The notes beneath the pieces are model-generated. The model was not told the origin of the DNA. It ran no database searches and worked only from the letters and a program-made list of their open reading frames with translations. The position numbers were made by a program, and so were the translations under genes. 64,000 bases of DNA from NCBI GenBank assembly GCA_947625575.1, contig CANQOV010000002.1, positions 1,457-65,456 on the forward strand, written 5' to 3'. Positions 59,902 through 64,000 of this stretch are shown piece after piece. This stretch comes from an uncultured Bacilli bacterium (GTDB lineage: Bacteria; Bacillota_I; Bacilli_A; RF39; UBA660). Each line of letters begins with the position of its first letter. The first letter of the stretch is position 1.

Positions 59902-62073
59902 ATGATTAAACTTTGTGGTGTCAGTAAAAAGTATTTAAATGGCGATTTATTTTATAATTATGCTTTGGAAGATATTAATATTGTGTTTGATGATAATAAA
60001 TTGGTTTCAATAATTGGAGAAAGTGGGGCAGGAAAAAGTAGTCTTTTGTCGGTAGTTGGAGGGCTTTGTGATTGTAGCAGTGGAGAAGTTTATTTTGATG
60101 ATGTTTGTATTAATAATTTAGATGAAAATGAGTTAGCTAGTTATCGCAGCAATTATGTTGGTTTTATATTTCAATCTTATAATTTGTTTGATGATTTGAC
60201 AGTTTTTGATAATGTAAAGTTAAGTTATGATTTGAATAATTATAAAGATGATGATGAAATATATAGATTGCTGGATACTTTAGGTTTAGCTAATTATGTT
60301 AATTCTTATCCTAAAAATTTATCTGGAGGAGAAAGACAAAGGGTTGCTATTGCAAGAGCGATTATAAAAAAACCTAAAATATTATTGTGTGATGAGCCAA
60401 CTGGGGCTTTAGATGTTAAAAATGGCGAGGCAATTATGAAAATACTTAAAGATTTATCAAAAGATTGTCTTGTAATTGTGGTAACACATGATAAAAGGTT
60501 AGCTAAAAAGTATTCTGATAGAGTAGTTGAACTTAGTGATGGAAAAGTTATTAGTGATAGTAACTCTATTTTGGATGTGGAGGCTAAAAACACTTATAGT
60601 AAAGAAAAAAATCATATGTCTATAAAAGGGGTTATGAAACTATCTTTGATGTTTATTAAAAGTAAGAAAAAAAGAGTATTTTTTTTAATGATTTCGCAAG
60701 CTATTTGTGTTTTTAGTTTAATATTGGTCTGTGAATTATCGAGGGGTTTTAATAAAAAAATTAATAATCTTAATACGGATATGGCATCAAGTTATCCTGT
60801 TGTGGTAAGTGAATATGTTACAAATTATGAAATAGATAATAAAAAACAGGAAGATAATTTAATTAAAAAAGAACAGGCTAGTTATGTACATCATAATGTT
60901 ATGACTAATAAGTTGGATACTTATATTAGAAATATTTCTTTTAAAGAGATTAGGGCTTTAAGTTATAAAAATCCTTATTATATACCTATTTTTATTAAGA
61001 AAAATGGGAAAGTAATCCATAAAAATATTAGTGATTATTTATATAGTGTGCCTTATAATGGAGAAGAAAAACTAACTTTTGAGCAATATGATTTAGTGGC
61101 GGGGAAAGATATTGAAAAATATAATGAAGTTTTGTTGGTGGTATCTAGTAACAATACAATAAGTACAGAGTTATGTAAGGAATTAGGACTAGATTTAGAT
61201 AGTTATAAATATGAAGATATTTTGTCTTTAAATTTTAAGTTGGGGTTTTATGATAATTATATTCAAATTGATGATGATGTTACTTTTAATGCTGATTTAG
61301 CATATGATAAGGGAATTGATTTAAAAATTGTGGGTATTGTTAAAGCAAAAGAAGATTACTCTTTTAATTATTCTTCAGTTTTATTATGTGATGAGGATTT
61401 ATTTTCTTCTTTTTTAAAGTTTAATAAAGATAATTTGGTTTTGGAATATCAAAAAAATAGTGATGTTAATGTTTTGAATAAAGATAATTTATCTACTTAT
61501 GAGAAAAGTAAATTATTATCAAAGTTTACTTATAATTCATTTTCTTTGGAGTATTTAATTTATCCAGTTGATTATAGTAGTAAAAAAAGAATTTTAAATT
61601 ATTTAGATAGTTATTTAGATTCAAAGATAATTGTTAATGATTCAATTAATTTAGTTACTGATGTTTCAAAGGTTTTAGTGGATATTATTTCGTTTGTTAT
61701 GTTATTTTTTTCAATATTGTCTTTTGTAGTAATGCTTATTATGATAGGGGTAATTTTCTATATAAATATTATTGAAAAAAAACAGGAGATTTGGATTTTA
61801 AGATATTTAGGGGCTAGATGTAAAAATGTTAAAATGATTTTTAATTTAGAGGCTATTTTGATTGGTGTTTTTTCTGGTATTTTTGGTATTTTGTTGGCTT
61901 TTTTGTTGTTTAAAGTTTTTAATAAGATAATTTTTATTTTTACATCGATTAGTGATGTTTTAGAAATATCTATTTTTAATGGGGTGTTGTTTGTTATTTT
62001 TTCAATTTTAATTACTTTAGTTGGAAGTTATTTTCCTGTTAGTAAGCTTTCTTTTGGTAAATATAGTAAATAG
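59902..62073 (+). CDS. fused ABC transporter ATP-binding/permease protein (N-terminal NBD + C-terminal FtsX/MacB-type permease)
   Basis: Walker A GESGAGKSS, signature LSGGERQR, Walker B ILLCDEPT, and a C-terminal 4-TM FtsX-like region with a large extracytoplasmic loop. Confidence 0.8.
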   Translation: MIKLCGVSKKYLNGDLFYNYALEDINIVFDDNKLVSIIGESGAGKSSLLSVVGGLCDCSSGEVYFDDVCINNLDENELASYRSNYVGFIFQSYNLFDDLTVFDNVKLSYDLNNYKDDDEIYRLLDTLGLANYVNSYPKNLSGGERQRVAIARAIIKKPKILLCDEPTGALDVKNGEAIMKILKDLSKDCLVIVVTHDKRLAKKYSDRVVELSDGKVISDSNSILDVEAKNTYSKEKNHMSIKGVMKLSLMFIKSKKKRVFFLMISQAICVFSLILVCELSRGFNKKINNLNTDMASSYPVVVSEYVTNYEIDNKKQEDNLIKKEQASYVHHNVMTNKLDTYIRNISFKEIRALSYKNPYYIPIFIKKNGKVIHKNISDYLYSVPYNGEEKLTFEQYDLVAGKDIEKYNEVLLVVSSNNTISTELCKELGLDLDSYKYEDILSLNFKLGFYDNYIQIDDDVTFNADLAYDKGIDLKIVGIVKAKEDYSFNYSSVLLCDEDLFSSFLKFNKDNLVLEYQKNSDVNVLNKDNLSTYEKSKLLSKFTYNSFSLEYLIYPVDYSSKKRILNYLDSYLDSKIIVNDSINLVTDVSKVLVDIISFVMLFFSILSFVVMLIMIGVIFYINIIEKKQEIWILRYLGARCKNVKMIFNLEAILIGVFSGIFGILLAFLLFKVFNKIIFIFTSISDVLEISIFNGVLFVIFSILITLVGSYFPVSKLSFGKYSK

Positions 62074-62198
62074 TTAATATCAGATAGATAGCATTTTGCA
62101 TAAAATACAATAACTGCTTAAAAGGGGGTGATTGTATTAAAACATATATTGTTTTAGTAGGAATTTTAATTCCTCTTATAGGAACGTCTTTAGGTGCT

Positions 62199-62906
62199 AT
62201 GCTAGTTTATTTTTCTAAAAGGGAACTTAAAGATTCTACTAAAAAAGTATTTATGGGATTTGCTAGTGGTGTTATGATTGCTGCAAGTGTGTGGTCTTTA
62301 ATTTTACCTTCGATTGAAAAGTCAGAAAATATGGGTATGTGGAAGTTTGTACCAAGTGCAGTAGGTATTATTTTGGGAATATTTAGTTTGTTATTTTTGG
62401 ATAAATATGTGGATAAATTATTAAGTAAGAAAAGTTTAAAATTTAAAGATAAAGGCAATTTAATGCTTTTGATTTCGGTTACATTACATAATATACCAGA
62501 GGGTATGGCTGTTGGAGTTGTTTTTGCCTCTTGTCTTATGGGTAATTTTTCGTTAATTATTATGGCAGCATTTAGTTTAGCAATTGGAATTGCTGTTCAA
62601 AATATACCTGAGGGTGCAATTATTTCTTTACCTTTGATAGGAGAGGGATATTCAAAAAATAGAGCATTTTTCTATGGGGTTATGTCTGGTGTTGTGGAGC
62701 CTTTATTTGCTTTTTTAACTATTTTGCTTATAAATATGGTGGTACCAATTTTACCTTATTTGTTATCGTTTGCTGCAGGAGCAATGATTTATGTTGTTAT
62801 TAATGAATTAATACCAGAGATAAGTAGTGATAAAAATAATTTTAAAGGGGTAGTTAGTTTTGCTTTTGGTTTTATTATTATGATGATTTTAGATGTGATT
62901 TTGTAA
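62199..62906 (+). CDS. zupT: ZIP-family metal transporter (ZupT-like); true N-terminus probably begins ~62136 at a non-ATG codon
   Basis: HNIPEGMAVG and QNIPEG motifs. The in-frame upstream stretch (KTYIVLVGILIPLIGTSLGAMLVYFSKRE) matches ZupT TM1, yet there is no ATG, GTG or TTG in frame between the stop at 62085 and ATG 62199. A strong AAAGGGGGTGA SD sits at 62121-62131. Confidence 0.7.
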   Translation: MLVYFSKRELKDSTKKVFMGFASGVMIAASVWSLILPSIEKSENMGMWKFVPSAVGIILGIFSLLFLDKYVDKLLSKKSLKFKDKGNLMLLISVTLHNIPEGMAVGVVFASCLMGNFSLIIMAAFSLAIGIAVQNIPEGAIISLPLIGEGYSKNRAFFYGVMSGVVEPLFAFLTILLINMVVPILPYLLSFAAGAMIYVVINELIPEISSDKNNFKGVVSFAFGFIIMMILDVIL

Positions 62907-62980
62907 TAATTAGTTGTAACTTGGCCTTGATTTTTAATAAGAAAAAATGTAAGATATATTTAGATAATATGGAGGAGTTT

Positions 62981-63601
62981 ATGAAGGAAGATAAAAAGGT
63001 TACAATAATTTCTTTTGTGATTGTGGTTGTTTTAGTTTTATTAATAATTGGAGGAGCTTATGCAATGTTTAGTTTTAGTGCTTCTGGACAATTAGAAAAT
63101 GAAATTAATTCTGGAGTTGTAGCAATTTCTTATAAAGATAAAACTTTAATTAGTGTTAGCAATCAGACTCCTCTTAGTGATAAAGAAGGTATGGCAAGAG
63201 AGGAAAACACCATGGAATTTAGTATTGATGCTAATATCGCGGGGGTTATTTCAGTTGGGTTTGATTTAGGTTTTACTGATATTGTTGAGGGAGCACATCT
63301 TACTAGTCAATATATTAAATTTGTTTTGTATCAAGGTGATCAGTTAGTTGTAGGAAGTCCTGAAGCTGGTGTTACTATTGATAGTACGAAAGACGTTAAG
63401 GGAAATTTTCTTCAAGATCATGTGATATTAAGTGGTACTTTTAGTACAACAGAAAGTAGAAATTATAAATTAGTTGCTTGGATTTCTGATCAATATGCAG
63501 ATAATTTAACTGTAACTAGTGGCAAAACGCATTCAGTTAATGTCGTTGGAGAAACTTTTAAATTTAAAATTCAGTTAAAAGCAGGACAAATCTTTAGTTA
63601 A
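62981..63601 (+). CDS. hypothetical N-terminally membrane-anchored protein (206 aa)
   Basis: GGAGGAG SD before ATG 62981. Signal-anchor VTIISFVIVVVLVLLIIGGAYAMF, followed by a beta-rich extracellular domain. Confidence 0.5.
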   Translation: MKEDKKVTIISFVIVVVLVLLIIGGAYAMFSFSASGQLENEINSGVVAISYKDKTLISVSNQTPLSDKEGMAREENTMEFSIDANIAGVISVGFDLGFTDIVEGAHLTSQYIKFVLYQGDQLVVGSPEAGVTIDSTKDVKGNFLQDHVILSGTFSTTESRNYKLVAWISDQYADNLTVTSGKTHSVNVVGETFKFKIQLKAGQIFS

Positions 63602-63610
63602 TTTAAAAAT

Positions 63611-63655
63611 AAAAAAAAGTAAACAATTTTTCTTGATTGGTTTACTTTTTTTGTT
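63611..63655. terminator. bidirectional terminator between convergent genes
   Basis: AAGTAAACAAT ... ATTGGTTTACTT imperfect hairpin flanked by A8 and T7. Confidence 0.45.
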
Positions 63656-64000
63656 TTATTTTGTTAATATATCGCAGATGAGATTAGATATTTCTGTTGG
63701 ATTATCGATTGGTAATCCTTCGATTAAACGAGCTTGGGCATATAGGACTTTGCTATATTTTTTTAATTCTTCTTTATCATTTATATATAAATCTTGAAGT
63801 TTTTTAGCGATAGGGTGTTTAGAATTAATTTCTAATATTTTTTGAGCATTAATGGAGTCGTTAGTAGGCATAGCATTTATTACTTTTTCCATTTCTATAG
63901 ATACTTCTTCAGTTGAAGATAGGCAAACAGGATGATTTTTTAATTTATTTGTAAATTTAACTTCTTGAATATTAAGTTCTGTTTTCATTAAATCTAGTAA
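63656..64000 (-). CDS. htpG: molecular chaperone HtpG (Hsp90), C-terminal fragment; the gene continues beyond the window end
   Basis: C-terminal HtpG signature KILEINSKHPIAKKL. The minus-strand frame stays open to position 64000. Confidence 0.7.
   Translation of the reverse strand, partial: LLDLMKTELNIQEVKFTNKLKNHPVCLSSTEEVSIEMEKVINAMPTNDSINAQKILEINSKHPIAKKLQDLYINDKEELKKYSKVLYAQARLIEGLPIDNPTEISNLICDILTK

Overview
This is a 64-kb chromosomal window from a very AT-rich low-GC Gram-positive bacterium. I estimate the background at roughly 26-30% G+C by eye. The standard genetic code is in use, since TGA acts as a stop. The gene content looks Firmicutes-like: AddAB, LigA, ParC, ComEA/ComEC, TsaE-TsaB-RimI-TsaD, a YjcZ-type tiny sporulation peptide, and a CIRCE element. 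Most of the window is housekeeping. That includes a BceB-like permease with an OmpR-family regulator and histidine kinase, fhs, murE, trmB, ligA, parC, addB-addA, phosphoketolase, U32 peptidase, UvdE, rnc, gmk, hsp20, nrdD-nrdG-dut-fmt, def, ftsW/rodA, comEA-comEC, tsaEBD-rimI, a fused ABC transporter and zupT. There are five tRNAs: Glu-CUC, Ser-GCU (minus strand) and an Ile-Asn-Glu cluster. No CRISPR array, IS element, integrase or recognisable restriction-modification or known defence system was found.

The most unusual feature is a ~2.6-kb insertion at 42.2-44.8 kb with visibly higher G+C. It carries three ORFan genes: a 370-aa protein, an 83-aa acidic protein translationally coupled to it, and a 327-aa protein. 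Near-identical promoter and terminator cassettes are repeated at their boundaries. One promoter has a (TA)10 tract that exactly fills the 17-bp spacer between the -35 and -10 elements. A Crp/Fnr-family regulator is adjacent.

Other points of interest follow. A G9 homopolymer sits in the promoter of another compositionally atypical ORFan next to tRNA-Ser, giving a second candidate contingency locus. A catalytically dead NrdD paralog with an ATP-cone lies upstream of the genuine nrdDG, and its start codon appears to be destroyed by a 1-nt frameshift. A perfect 26-bp palindrome lies between the Crp/Fnr gene and that operon. A CIRCE operator precedes hsp20. A rare tRNA-Glu(CUC) is followed by a strong promoter and a 317-aa ORFan. 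One protein consists of four tandem helicase-associated (HA) domains. A minimal 500-aa UvrD-like helicase sits divergent from a transglutaminase-like protein. A zupT homolog has an N-terminal transmembrane helix that lacks any canonical start codon.
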